The notes under the pieces are model-generated. The model was not told where the DNA came from. It made no database searches and was given only the letters and a program-made list of their open reading frames with translations. Source: Candidatus Fermentibacteraceae bacterium (GTDB lineage Bacteria > Fermentibacterota > Fermentibacteria > Fermentibacterales > JCC-6). Taken from it: a stretch of 64,000 nt of DNA. Made by a program: the position numbers and the translations under genes. The stretch spans positions 32,001 through 96,000 of the forward strand of contig JBGSZS010000002.1 of assembly GCA_041750285.1 (NCBI GenBank). The letters are read 5' to 3'. This document shows, piece after piece, positions 28,323 through 38,373 of the stretch. The stretch's first letter is position 1. Every line of letters begins with the position of its first letter.

Positions 28323-29330
28323 TCAGTATCTCTTTCCGAAAACGAACTCAATCGTTCCCCGCGCCAGCCCCAGACCGAGAATGGTCATGTCCAGAACGCA
28401 CATGAAGGCGAACCCGGGAATGACACCCCGGGGGAAGTGCCTTCGTGCGGCTGCGAAGAAACCGGCGTGACAGAGAAGCGCGGGAATGAGCAACCCCGGA
28501 AAAAGAAGCAGCCCGACAGGTCCTGTGATGAAGGCTGAGAGCAGCGCACACCAGGCAAGCATCGTGAGAATTATCGAGAGAACGACCCATCTGCTGTGAT
28601 GGGTTCCTGTTTCGTGTACGTTCATGTAACGGGCGAGAAGCCTGTGTTTTACCTGCCGCCAACCGGACTTTGCCTGTGCTGCGGCCATTCGAAGGCGCCT
28701 TGCGGCGAAGGATGCATGGTCGTACCGGGCCAGGTGTGTCACCTGGAGGGATGTGTCAAGGTAGATGACCCCTCCCGAGTCGGCTACCGCGTACCCGAAC
28801 TCCTCGTCCTCAACGGTGGGTTCGGGGATACACTCGTTGAACCCACCCAGTTCAAGGAACACGGGGAGCCTCACCGCGGCGCACCAGGTTGCGAAGATTG
28901 CCACCTTGCCGCTTTTCAGCCTTCCAAGGGAATGATGGTAGTAGAAGTTCTGATACTGAGTGACAAGACCGGCGCCCGCACAACCCGGTGTGTAGATGGT
29001 TTGCACCGCTGCAACGGACGCGTCGTTGAAGTGGCGGCTCATGGTTTCAACGAGGTTTTCCGGAATGATCACATCGGCGTCGAGAAAAAGCACGACGTCA
29101 CCCCGGGCGTTTCCCGCCCCCAAGTTCCTTGCGGCTGCCGGCCCCGCATTTTCGGAAAGGCACAGGACTTTTGCCCCCACAGACCTTGCAAGCGCGGGGG
29201 TGTCGTCTGAGGAGCAATCGTCCACCACGATCGTTTCCAGGGGAGCCACCGTCTGCATGGCAATCGCGTTAAGGCATTCCGCAATTGTGCGACCGGCGTT
29301 CCATGCCGGTATGATCACCGAGATGCTCAA
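28323..29330 (-). CDS. Glycosyltransferase family 2 with C-terminal TM helices
   Basis: SVIIPAWN, VDDCSSD, GPAAARN, FLDAD, GGFNE, VEDEEF. Confidence 0.9.
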   Translation of the reverse strand: MSISVIIPAWNAGRTIAECLNAIAMQTVAPLETIVVDDCSSDDTPALARSVGAKVLCLSENAGPAAARNLGAGNARGDVVLFLDADVIIPENLVETMSRHFNDASVAAVQTIYTPGCAGAGLVTQYQNFYYHHSLGRLKSGKVAIFATWCAAVRLPVFLELGGFNECIPEPTVEDEEFGYAVADSGGVIYLDTSLQVTHLARYDHASFAARRLRMAAAQAKSGWRQVKHRLLARYMNVHETGTHHSRWVVLSIILTMLAWCALLSAFITGPVGLLLFPGLLIPALLCHAGFFAAARRHFPRGVIPGFAFMCVLDMTILGLGLARGTIEFVFGKRY

Positions 29331-29404
29331 TCGGAGGGTCCCTTCCCTTTCGGGGTTTTCCTAAGGTCGGTATTATATTCCGATTCCGCGTGAAAGGGCT
29401 GAGA

Positions 29405-30865
29405 ATGAAGATCGTACTTTTAACAATGCCCGCGACCTGGGAACAGGATCAGCACGATTTCATGAACCAGCGCATTTCTCCGTTCCGCTGGCTCAGGATC
29501 AAGCCCCTTGTGAACGTGGTTCCCTCGCCGTCCCTTCTTTACCTGGCGCCTTACGTGATTTCCGACGGTCATGATGTCGCTTACCTCGAAGGGCTGTTCC
29601 ACAGCTATGAGAGAGCCCTGGAGAAGCTTCGTGACCTGAAACCCGAGATTCTGGGAGTCACGATTACCAGTGTTGACTGGGAGAACTCACGCTGGATGCT
29701 CAACGAGTTGAAAAGGGAGTTTCCCGATACGATTTTCGTCGCCGGCGGCATACACCCCACGCTCTGGGGAGAACGGTGCCTTGAAGAGTGCGCCGGACTG
29801 GACTTTCTGGTTTACGGCGAAGGCGAACACACGTTCAGGGAACTGGTGCAAACCCTGTCTGAAGGGGCTTCCCCCGGGGAAGTCAGGGGAATAATCTACA
29901 GAGATGGTGCCGGGATACGTCGAACCCCTCCAAGACCGGTGGTGGAAGACATCGACACACTGCCGTTTCCCGCCCACCAGCTAGCTCCGGCTTCGGATTA
30001 CCTTCCTTCCCCCACCTTCTACAACCGCCTTCCCCACGCCAACATCATCGGAGCCAGGGGCTGCCCGTACGAGTGCATATTCTGCCACACGGACAGGCAC
30101 ACGAGAATGCGTACCGCGGGAAACATCGCAGATGAGATACAGTGGCTGGTGGAGAACCAGGGCGTTCGGGACATAGCCTTCTGGGATGACACGTTCACCC
30201 TTTCCGCGGAAAGGGTTGACGCGTTCTGTAATGAGATCGAGAAGCGCCATCTGGACGTGGACTGGGCTGTTAACGCCAGGGTGGACAGGGTCACCGAGGG
30301 AATGCTCAGGCGGATGAAGAAGGCCGGATGCTGGAGGATCCTGTTCGGAATCGAAAGCGGGGTTCAGAAGAACCTCGACACTCTGAAGAAGAGGACGACG
30401 CTCGACCAGATCCGCAGGGCCGTGAGCGCAACAAGCGCTCTGGGAATGGAAGCTTACGGCACCTTCATGTTCGGCATTCCCGGCGAGACCTTCGAAGAAG
30501 GGCTGGCCACGATTGACTTCGCCTGTTCACTCGACCTCGACTATGCCGTCTTCGTGAACCTTACGCCTCTTCCCGGAAGCGAAGTCTACAATGATCTCCT
30601 TGCGGGAAGGATCAAGCCCTCCAAGTTCGCCCGGGACAGGTTCAACTTCAAGAACGTCTCGTTCGTTCCCGAGGGCATGACCGAGGACCAGATAAGGTTC
30701 CTGATACAGGAAGGCCACCGGAGGTTCTACATGAGGCCGAAACTGGTCTGGAAAAAGATCAGGCGAATGCGAAGCCTGCTCGACCTGAGAAAGTACATCA
30801 ACGGATTCTCCCTGATCGCCACCGCAAAATACATGAAGAGGCCGCTGGAGCCTCAACTCCATTGA
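29405..30865 (+). CDS. B12-binding radical SAM protein
   Basis: GGIHPT, GEGE, ARGCPYECIFC, FWDDTF, FGIESG. Confidence 0.9.
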   Translation: MKIVLLTMPATWEQDQHDFMNQRISPFRWLRIKPLVNVVPSPSLLYLAPYVISDGHDVAYLEGLFHSYERALEKLRDLKPEILGVTITSVDWENSRWMLNELKREFPDTIFVAGGIHPTLWGERCLEECAGLDFLVYGEGEHTFRELVQTLSEGASPGEVRGIIYRDGAGIRRTPPRPVVEDIDTLPFPAHQLAPASDYLPSPTFYNRLPHANIIGARGCPYECIFCHTDRHTRMRTAGNIADEIQWLVENQGVRDIAFWDDTFTLSAERVDAFCNEIEKRHLDVDWAVNARVDRVTEGMLRRMKKAGCWRILFGIESGVQKNLDTLKKRTTLDQIRRAVSATSALGMEAYGTFMFGIPGETFEEGLATIDFACSLDLDYAVFVNLTPLPGSEVYNDLLAGRIKPSKFARDRFNFKNVSFVPEGMTEDQIRFLIQEGHRRFYMRPKLVWKKIRRMRSLLDLRKYINGFSLIATAKYMKRPLEPQLH

Positions 30866-32346
30866 TCGAACTAACCCTGATCAGACCGCCGGTGGTTCAC
30901 CTGAAGGCGGATTTCTACGGCAGCATTCCGGGAATCCCCTCAGGTCTCGCATACCTGGCGGCATCGACAAGAGACGCCGGCTATCCCGTTAAGATAGTTG
31001 ATGCCTACGGCCTGAATCCCCACCGTTTCTACACTTTCCGCAACCGCTACAGGGCGAGGGGCCTGACCCCATCCGAGACTGCCCGGCTCACACCATCCGG
31101 TGCCGTGGCGGGGGTGAGCGTGCATTGCGCAGGCGAACACTCCATGGCCTGTGCCATCGTGAGGGAACTCAAGGCTTCCAAACCACATAGGCCGGTGGTG
31201 GTGGGAGGGTACCACTCCACCTTCGTTCCGGGTGACTTCATTGCCGCAGGGGCTGACTATGTGATCATGGGCGAGGGGGAGAGACGGCTTCCGGCTCTTC
31301 TCTCCCGTATCGAACGGGGCGAAGGGATCGAAGGGCTCGAAGGGGTGGCGTTCAGGGGGGGCATCGTCGACCGCAGAACGAAGTACACCGTCAACCTCGA
31401 CAGCATGCCTTTCGCCGCGGTGGACCTGCTGCCTCTCGAGAACTACTGGAAACTTGGATACGGACACGGGCCCGTGATGCGGAACGTACGTTACATGAAC
31501 ATCCTCACCTCGCGGGGCTGTCCGTACAAGTGCTCGTTCTGCCAGGCTCCCGAGATGAGCGGCGGGCACTGGCTCGCCAAAAGCGCCGACAGGGTCCTCG
31601 AGGAGATACGCTGGCACATGGACACCTATGGGGTGAGGGACTTTCACATTCAGGACGAGAACTTCGCGGTGAACCGGAAAAGGGTTGAGGACATCTGCAG
31701 GGGCATAATCGAAGCTGATTGCGACATCACCTTCTGCTTTCCATCAGGGTTGAAGATGGAGACCCTCGACGGTGAACTTCTTCGGCTTCTGTCGAGTGCG
31801 GGCATGCGGTACTTTTCCCTCTCCCCCGAGTCGGGTTCCCGCAGGGTCCTCGAGCTGATGAACAAGACCGCCGACATCGACCGGGTTCCCGGGCTTGTAA
31901 AGACAGCCTCATCCCTCGGGGTTTCCACCTGCTGTTTCTTCGTGGCGGGAACTCCGGGCGAGAGCGCCAAAGACCGTCACGATACGAGACGTTACATAAG
32001 GAGGCTTGCCCGGTGCGGAGTGGAGGAAGTGGTCATGCCCATAATGACTCCATTCCCGGCGACGCAGGCCATGTCCGAGCCGGGGCTTCAGGGTTTTGGC
32101 GAGATGGATGAACTGTGCTTCTCACCGGTATGGAGGCGTGATTACACCTCGCTCGACCTTTTCAGGCGGGTGACCTACCTGCACTTCTATGCGGCCCGTC
32201 TCTTCAGCCATCCCCTTTCATTCCTGGCGATGCTTGTCAGGATTGTCACGGGGAAATGCAGGACCAAGGGAGAGATGACAGCGAGAAGGATGGTTCGGGA
32301 CATCCTGGACAGGCTTTCCGCCCTGGGACATCCAGGGGAGGAGTGA
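30862..32346 (+). CDS. B12-binding radical SAM protein
   Basis: GLAYLAA, GGYHST, GEGE, TSRGCPYKCSFC, PESG. Confidence 0.9.
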   Translation: MIELTLIRPPVVHLKADFYGSIPGIPSGLAYLAASTRDAGYPVKIVDAYGLNPHRFYTFRNRYRARGLTPSETARLTPSGAVAGVSVHCAGEHSMACAIVRELKASKPHRPVVVGGYHSTFVPGDFIAAGADYVIMGEGERRLPALLSRIERGEGIEGLEGVAFRGGIVDRRTKYTVNLDSMPFAAVDLLPLENYWKLGYGHGPVMRNVRYMNILTSRGCPYKCSFCQAPEMSGGHWLAKSADRVLEEIRWHMDTYGVRDFHIQDENFAVNRKRVEDICRGIIEADCDITFCFPSGLKMETLDGELLRLLSSAGMRYFSLSPESGSRRVLELMNKTADIDRVPGLVKTASSLGVSTCCFFVAGTPGESAKDRHDTRRYIRRLARCGVEEVVMPIMTPFPATQAMSEPGLQGFGEMDELCFSPVWRRDYTSLDLFRRVTYLHFYAARLFSHPLSFLAMLVRIVTGKCRTKGEMTARRMVRDILDRLSALGHPGEE

Positions 32347-33128
32347 TGCGCGCACTCTGGCCCGAAGCCCTTCTCGCAGTTCTTTTCCTGGCAGGTGACC
32401 TCTTTTTCGCCGGAACCGCCGCAGCTGCGGCAGGAGCGTCTGCAGGTGTGATCGCCTACCTGGCTTCGCTGCTTTCCGGCCGCGGAAAAGCCGTTCTCCT
32501 CGTCGAGGGTCTGGTGCTTTCCGTCCTGACACTGACCGCCCATTTCACTTCGTTCCCCGGGGGCGCCTTCACCCTGTCCGAGGTCGTCCTGGGCGCGTTC
32601 CTTCTCGTCTCGGGAATCAGGGGCAAACCCGCGCTGGCGGCAATGGCCGGACCTCTTGCACGCGGGATGATGTCGAAAGACGAGGTCTCGGTCCTCACAA
32701 TGTCCACCGGTGGTGCATTTCTCTTTCACGGAGTGGCGTCGGTGCTTCTTTGCTCGTCCGGTGACGGGAATCCCCTGATCAGAACTGTTTTGCTTGTTCC
32801 CGTGTTTCTTGCTGCCGGCGCCCTTTCGGGGCGAAGGTTGAGGAAGATCAGGAAGCAGGCGCTGCCGGTGCTCGAAGGGTCTGACGACGGGATGGTGCTC
32901 ACCGCCGGCGGGGTGAGGATGGGCAAGGTCAGGGTGAGGGGGGAGGGAACGGCTGCCGTCGTGGAAGTGATCGAAATGGAACCGGGCAGCCTGCCTTTTC
33001 TTGAGAAGGCTCTGACACGGCTCGGTCACCGGGCAGTGCTTGTCACGTCCTGGCCCCACGACTCCCTGCTGCTCTCGATCAACGGCTACTCGGCATCAGG
33101 CCCTAACTGGCGCAAAATACTTCGCTGA
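32346..33128 (+). CDS. Hypothetical membrane protein
   Basis: ~6 TM segments plus soluble tail; TGATG coupling to upstream gene. Confidence 0.6.
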   Translation: MRALWPEALLAVLFLAGDLFFAGTAAAAAGASAGVIAYLASLLSGRGKAVLLVEGLVLSVLTLTAHFTSFPGGAFTLSEVVLGAFLLVSGIRGKPALAAMAGPLARGMMSKDEVSVLTMSTGGAFLFHGVASVLLCSSGDGNPLIRTVLLVPVFLAAGALSGRRLRKIRKQALPVLEGSDDGMVLTAGGVRMGKVRVRGEGTAAVVEVIEMEPGSLPFLEKALTRLGHRAVLVTSWPHDSLLLSINGYSASGPNWRKILR

Positions 33129-33279
33129 CAGGCATCAACACGCCTGAAGGGCTTCATGCCGCCCGGCCCGGGGCATTCCCGCCGAGTTGACTTCCCGGCG
33201 GCGCCCTGTAATCTTACGTAATCCTATATTCCATAGTGTCTTCTTTCAGCCGATTCCCACAACAAGGGAGGTTCACGAA

Positions 33280-33519
33280 GTGACCAGCTATCCGTGTCCC
33301 GAGATCAACTCAGACGAGTGCAAGGGTTGTGGCCTGTGCGTAGCCGCCTGCCCGAAGAAGGTGCTCGTGATCTCAGAGAAACTCAACTCCAAGGGCTACC
33401 ATTATTGCGCCTACATCGGTGAGGGTTGCATCGGGTGCGGGAATTGTTTCTACAACTGCCCCGAGCCCGGCGCCGTAACCGTTTTTCTCAGGGATTATCA
33501 GCCCCGGAAGGAGGCGTAG
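33280..33519 (+). CDS. 2x[4Fe-4S] ferredoxin subunit of 2-oxoacid:ferredoxin oxidoreductase (VorC-like)
   Basis: [12 protein letters not shown] and [21 protein letters not shown] before GTG. Confidence 0.9.
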   Translation: MTSYPCPEINSDECKGCGLCVAACPKKVLVISEKLNSKGYHYCAYIGEGCIGCGNCFYNCPEPGAVTVFLRDYQPRKEA

Positions 33520-33520
33520 C

Positions 33521-34573
33521 ATGGCCAGAATGCTCATGAAGGGCAACCATGCGGCCGTTTACGGTGCTGTCATGGCGGGGTGTACCGCGTACTACGGCTA
33601 CCCGATCACACCGGCGAGTGAGATCGCCGAAGCGGCCGCAAGCATACTGCCGAAGCTCAACAGGACCTTTCTTCAGGCCGAGAGTGAAGTCGCGGCCATC
33701 AACATGGTCTACGGCGCCGCTGGAAGCGGATGCAGGGCCATGACCGCCAGTTCCGGGCCCGGCATAAGCCTGAAGATGGAGGGTTTGTCGTACTGCGCAG
33801 GATCGGCCCTTCCGTGTGTGATCGTAGACATTATGAGGGGCGGTCCCGGCCTTGGCAACATAGGTCCGGAACAGAGCGACTACAATCAGGTGGTCAAGGG
33901 GGGCGGTCACGGCAACTACCGGAACCTGGTGCTCGCGCCCAACAGCTGTCAGGAAATGTGTGACTTCACAAAGCTTGCCTTCGAGCTGGCCGACAAATAC
34001 AGGAATCCCGTTTTCGTACTCACAGACGGGGTTATCGGTCAGATGATGGAAGCCGTGGAGATACCGGAACCGGTCGACTCGATCCCGGACAGGTCTTCGT
34101 GGGCAGTTTACGGGACGCCCCTTCACAAGAACCTCATCAATTCCATCTACCTTGACCACGACGACCTTGAGGAGTGGAACAAGACGCTTCTGGCCAAGTA
34201 CGAGTCAGCAAAGGCTGCGGAAGTAAGGTTCGAGGAATACAGGATGGATGACGCGAAGATCGCCGTCATCGGGTACGGATGCGTCAGCAGGGTACTGAGG
34301 AACACGGTCGACGCCGCCCGGGAAAGGGGCATCAGGCTTGGTCTGTTCAGACCGATCTCGCTTTTCCCCTTCCCCGAGAAACAGATCGGAGCGTTTCCCT
34401 CACGCGGCGTGGAAAAAGTGCTCACCGTCGAGCTTTCCACCGGCCAGATGGTGGACGATGTGAACCTGGCCCTCCAGGGCGCAATCAAGAGTGACCTTTA
34501 TTTCCGCCTTGGCGGCAATGTTCCTTCCGCTCTCGAGATCCTCGACAGGATTTCCGAGCTTTACGGGGTGTAG
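33521..34573 (+). CDS. vorB: 2-oxoacid:ferredoxin oxidoreductase alpha subunit (VorB type)
   Basis: [37 protein letters not shown]. Confidence 0.88.
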   Translation: MARMLMKGNHAAVYGAVMAGCTAYYGYPITPASEIAEAAASILPKLNRTFLQAESEVAAINMVYGAAGSGCRAMTASSGPGISLKMEGLSYCAGSALPCVIVDIMRGGPGLGNIGPEQSDYNQVVKGGGHGNYRNLVLAPNSCQEMCDFTKLAFELADKYRNPVFVLTDGVIGQMMEAVEIPEPVDSIPDRSSWAVYGTPLHKNLINSIYLDHDDLEEWNKTLLAKYESAKAAEVRFEEYRMDDAKIAVIGYGCVSRVLRNTVDAARERGIRLGLFRPISLFPFPEKQIGAFPSRGVEKVLTVELSTGQMVDDVNLALQGAIKSDLYFRLGGNVPSALEILDRISELYGV

Positions 34574-34575
34574 CC

Positions 34576-36015
34576 ATGGAAAAGAAAACAGTTCTCAGAA
34601 AGCCCAAGGGGTTCCTCGATGTTTACAAGTACAAACCCGGCGCCGAGAAGGACAGAACCCACTACTGTCCCGGCTGCGGCCACGGCATACTTCACAAGCT
34701 CATCGCGGAGGCCCTGGAAGACCTTGAGATAATAGACAGCACCATTCTCATAAGCCCTGTGGGCTGCAGCGTCTTCGCCTACTACTACTTCGACGGCGGC
34801 CACTTTCAGGTTGCCCACGGAAGGGCTCCCGCCGTCGCCACAGCAGTCAACCGGGCCAATCCCGACAAGGTTGTCATCAGTTATCAGGGCGACGGCGACC
34901 TGGCGGCGATAGGCGGGAACAACATCCTTCAGGCGGCCAACCGTGGAGAGAACATCGCGGTGTTCTTCGTGAACAACGCCATCTACGGAATGACAGGCGG
35001 TCAGATGGCCCCAACCACACTTGAGGGCCAGAAGACAACAACCACGCCTTACGGGAGGAACCTTGGCTCCGATGGCTATCCCATCCGCATGGCTGAGATA
35101 GTCGCCCAGCTCAACGCGCCCGTTTTCGTCACGAGGGTCTCGCTGCACAACCCGGCCAATATCAGGAAGACCCGTGCCGCCGTTCGCCAGGCTCTACAGA
35201 ATGCCAAGGAGCACAAGGGTTTCCAGTTCGTTGAAGTCCTGTCCACCTGTCCGAGCGGTTGGAAGCAGGAGCCGGTGGATGCCATGAAGTGGGTCGAGGA
35301 GCACATGATCCCAATCTTCCCGCTTGGGGTCCTGAAAGACGGCAGCGCCGAGGCAAGGGTTGTCACGAGACCCGAACCCATCGTCGATCCGGCCGTTGTT
35401 GTCGAGAAACTCGGTCTTGACAAGGGTTCTTCCGTCAGTTTCGACAGGGGTGATATTGCGCCGGAGTACTCTAGAATGGCGATCAGGATCGCCGGTTTCG
35501 GTGGTCAGGGCATAATGTCGACCGGCCAGATCCTCGCCCAGGTCGCCATGGAGTATGGATACAACGTGTCATGGCTTCCGAGTTACGGCCCCGAAATGCG
35601 CGGCGGCACGGCAAACTGCTCTGTGAACATCCAGGATGAAACCATTGGCGGAGCCGAAGCAGTGAACCCGAACATGGTGATTGCCATGAACAGACCCAGC
35701 ATGGAGAAGTTCGAAAAGGCCCTGAAGCCGGGTGGTTCACTTGTCTACAACAGCACACTGATCGATGTCAAACCCACCCGCTCCGATATAAGGGTCTTTG
35801 CGGTGCCAGTCACCGGACTTGCGGACGAACTGGGTGACACAAGGGTTCAGAGCATGGTTGGTGTGGGAGCCTACGCAGCCATTACGGGCATGTTCAAACC
35901 CGCGGACATAGTGGGGTTGCTTCCACAGGTGTTCAAGGGCAGGAAGCAGGCGATAATCGACCTGAACGCCAGGGCAGTTCGGGCCGGATACGACTTTGTG
36001 AAGAACAACTTCTGA
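34576..36015 (+). CDS. vorA: 2-oxoacid:ferredoxin oxidoreductase fused beta+gamma subunit (VorA type)
   Basis: YCPGCGHG, VGCS, QGDGD TPP motif, GMTGGQ, then AGFGGQG…PSYGPEMRGG. Confidence 0.85.
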   Translation: MEKKTVLRKPKGFLDVYKYKPGAEKDRTHYCPGCGHGILHKLIAEALEDLEIIDSTILISPVGCSVFAYYYFDGGHFQVAHGRAPAVATAVNRANPDKVVISYQGDGDLAAIGGNNILQAANRGENIAVFFVNNAIYGMTGGQMAPTTLEGQKTTTTPYGRNLGSDGYPIRMAEIVAQLNAPVFVTRVSLHNPANIRKTRAAVRQALQNAKEHKGFQFVEVLSTCPSGWKQEPVDAMKWVEEHMIPIFPLGVLKDGSAEARVVTRPEPIVDPAVVVEKLGLDKGSSVSFDRGDIAPEYSRMAIRIAGFGGQGIMSTGQILAQVAMEYGYNVSWLPSYGPEMRGGTANCSVNIQDETIGGAEAVNPNMVIAMNRPSMEKFEKALKPGGSLVYNSTLIDVKPTRSDIRVFAVPVTGLADELGDTRVQSMVGVGAYAAITGMFKPADIVGLLPQVFKGRKQAIIDLNARAVRAGYDFVKNNF

Positions 36016-36136
36016 GGAGGAACCCGCCCGGGGACGGCCGAGGTTCCCGGGCGGACCCCGGAAGGATGCATTACGATGTCTGCCGCACGCTCGTACCGTG
36101 CGGGAGTTGCTGTTTCCACGAATAAGGGAGTCCGTG

Positions 36137-37213
36137 ATGAGTAACAAAGTGTTTCCGCTTTTGGTCGCCGTTCTTCCCTTTGCTGTGTTCGGCTTCGGAT
36201 ACCCCGCATCTTTTGGCATTGGAACCAGCCTTGTGGGTCTTGATGCCGTAACGGCTTCCACGGGCGGCGTATCCTCGATCGACGTCGGGGGCTCGTCACT
36301 GATGCTGAACCCGTCGGGACTGGGTCTTCTCAGGACTGCCCGGGTTCAGGCCGGGGTTGGTCCCATGCTCACCAAGGAATCGGTGGAAACCCCATACGGG
36401 ATATTCAACATCTCTGACATCGCCCTGGGCTCGGTTGGGCTCACGGCGGCATTCCCTCTTTCCGACGGCCTTGGAGCGGGTCTGGGGATTGTCAGGCGTT
36501 CGGATTTCTCGTACACCGGGGAATTTTACGACACCATTATCGAAGGCACTGACACGGTTATCGTCTTCGAACAGCAGAACAACAGCGGCAGTGTCTGGGA
36601 CGCGTCTGCCGGCCTGGGTACGCGTCTTGTGAATGGCCTCTATGCCGGCGCTGCGATCGGCTACCTTTTCGGAAGTGGAACACAGGACTACTTCCACGAC
36701 ACTTCCATCGACACGGCCTATTCCATCGTTGAAACCTGGGATGAAAGCGCCCTGGTCTACAGGGCGGGACTTACGGCAGCGATCGAAAGGGTAAGGCTTG
36801 GAGCGGCTTACTCCAGCGGAATGGACAAATACCCCGCAAGGGCATCCCTCGGTGCCGTCCTTGGCGACATGTCTGTCTGGGAGCCCGCAATCGGGGTTGA
36901 CGCAGAGATCCTTTTCCCCGGTGATTCGACAAGATTCGCTGCCAGGATTTTCGGGGGAACCCTGCTTTCGGGGAACGAGCTCTACGGAAGGGCTTCGCTT
37001 TTCCTGTTCAGTTCACAGGGGTCCGACGCAAGGGAGGGAACCGGCCTTTCCATAGGAGCCAGCCTGAAGGTTGCGGCCCGTCTTGATCTCGACGCCGCAT
37101 TTTCATGGACTTCCGAGAAACGGACCGGTGACGCGTTCGGCGGCTACTACGAACAGGCATCGGTTACCGACACAAATTCAGGCATAACCTTCGGGATGAC
37201 CTGGAAGCCATAG
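36137..37213 (+). CDS. Outer-membrane beta-barrel, FadL/PorV-like
   Basis: Signal peptide, NPSGLG motif, amphipathic strands, C-terminal ITFGMTW. Confidence 0.6.
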   Translation: MSNKVFPLLVAVLPFAVFGFGYPASFGIGTSLVGLDAVTASTGGVSSIDVGGSSLMLNPSGLGLLRTARVQAGVGPMLTKESVETPYGIFNISDIALGSVGLTAAFPLSDGLGAGLGIVRRSDFSYTGEFYDTIIEGTDTVIVFEQQNNSGSVWDASAGLGTRLVNGLYAGAAIGYLFGSGTQDYFHDTSIDTAYSIVETWDESALVYRAGLTAAIERVRLGAAYSSGMDKYPARASLGAVLGDMSVWEPAIGVDAEILFPGDSTRFAARIFGGTLLSGNELYGRASLFLFSSQGSDAREGTGLSIGASLKVAARLDLDAAFSWTSEKRTGDAFGGYYEQASVTDTNSGITFGMTWKP

Positions 37214-37224
37214 GACGGACAAGC

Positions 37225-38292
37225 ATGAGACCCTATCCCCTTCTACTCGCTGCACTCTTCCTTTCGGGCGTTGTTTTCGGATTCGGATACAACGATTCCT
37301 TCACGAACGGAACCCCAATTCCCGGAATAACCGCACGAACGGCATCCATCGGAGGGATTATGTCGCAGCCCACTATGACCCCGGCCGGGCTCTTCATGAA
37401 TCCCGCCGAACTCGGGCTTCTCCAGGGCCTTACGATCAGCCTCGACAGCGGCATGCTCAGGTGGACCGAGACAGTGTTCGACATGCTTGGAGCCAACAGG
37501 GGAGGGCAGATCCTTGGTACGGCCACCGGAGCTTTGGCCTTGCGGACCGGACCGCTGGTGATCGGCGCAGGAGCAGCCAAAGTCGCCGATTTCGATTACG
37601 CAGGAACTCACAACACCTACAACCCCTATTCCGGAAACCTCGATTCCGTGGAAGTTGCATACGTTTCAGGAAGCCAGTGGGAGTACCTTTCAGGGGCATC
37701 GCTGATGCTGTTCCGTGGCGTATTCGGAGGCTTCTCGGCCGGCGTGAGGACCATAAGCGCCGACTACGACTACTTCCTCAGCGACAAGACTTTCGGCGGC
37801 ACGGATTCGACAGCCCAGTGGATCCTGTCGGGCAACGAGTTCTGCTGGCATGCCGGTCTGGTGACCGTATCCGACCTTGCATCTGCAGGAGTATCCTACT
37901 CCTCCGGTTCCGAACACCATTACTCCTCCCTTGCATTCGGAGGGAGCATCGTTTCACCCCACATAAACAACACCCGTACGGGGTTTGAGGCGGAGATAGT
38001 CCGTCCATTCTTCAGAAATGACTTCACAGGAAAGCTTTTTATCGAGTCACCCCTCACCTCGCAGTTTGACATCCGCACCGCCGTCACTTTCAACGAGAGC
38101 TACCAGTCCAGCAGAACCAGCCTTGGGTTCAGCCTTGGTGGCGGCTATCAGTTCGGTGATGACCTTGAAGTTTCGGTGGGTTGCCTTCTGAGCTCACGAA
38201 GCAGAAGCGGAGGCGCCTTTGCAGGCGAAGACGCAGACAAGATCGAGGACTCAACCATTTCCCTTGTGGCGGGGGCCGTATACGGGTTCTGA
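37225..38292 (+). CDS. Outer-membrane beta-barrel, FadL/PorV-like (paralogue)
   Basis: Signal peptide, ARTASIGG…NPAELG, terminal YGF beta-signal. Confidence 0.65.
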   Translation: MRPYPLLLAALFLSGVVFGFGYNDSFTNGTPIPGITARTASIGGIMSQPTMTPAGLFMNPAELGLLQGLTISLDSGMLRWTETVFDMLGANRGGQILGTATGALALRTGPLVIGAGAAKVADFDYAGTHNTYNPYSGNLDSVEVAYVSGSQWEYLSGASLMLFRGVFGGFSAGVRTISADYDYFLSDKTFGGTDSTAQWILSGNEFCWHAGLVTVSDLASAGVSYSSGSEHHYSSLAFGGSIVSPHINNTRTGFEAEIVRPFFRNDFTGKLFIESPLTSQFDIRTAVTFNESYQSSRTSLGFSLGGGYQFGDDLEVSVGCLLSSRSRSGGAFAGEDADKIEDSTISLVAGAVYGF

Positions 38293-38373
38293 AAAACGTC
38301 AGCGGATGGCACTTCTTGATGAGAGGGCGCCGGGACCCGGCCGGCCCCTGTGTTGACGCAGGGAGCTGAATCA

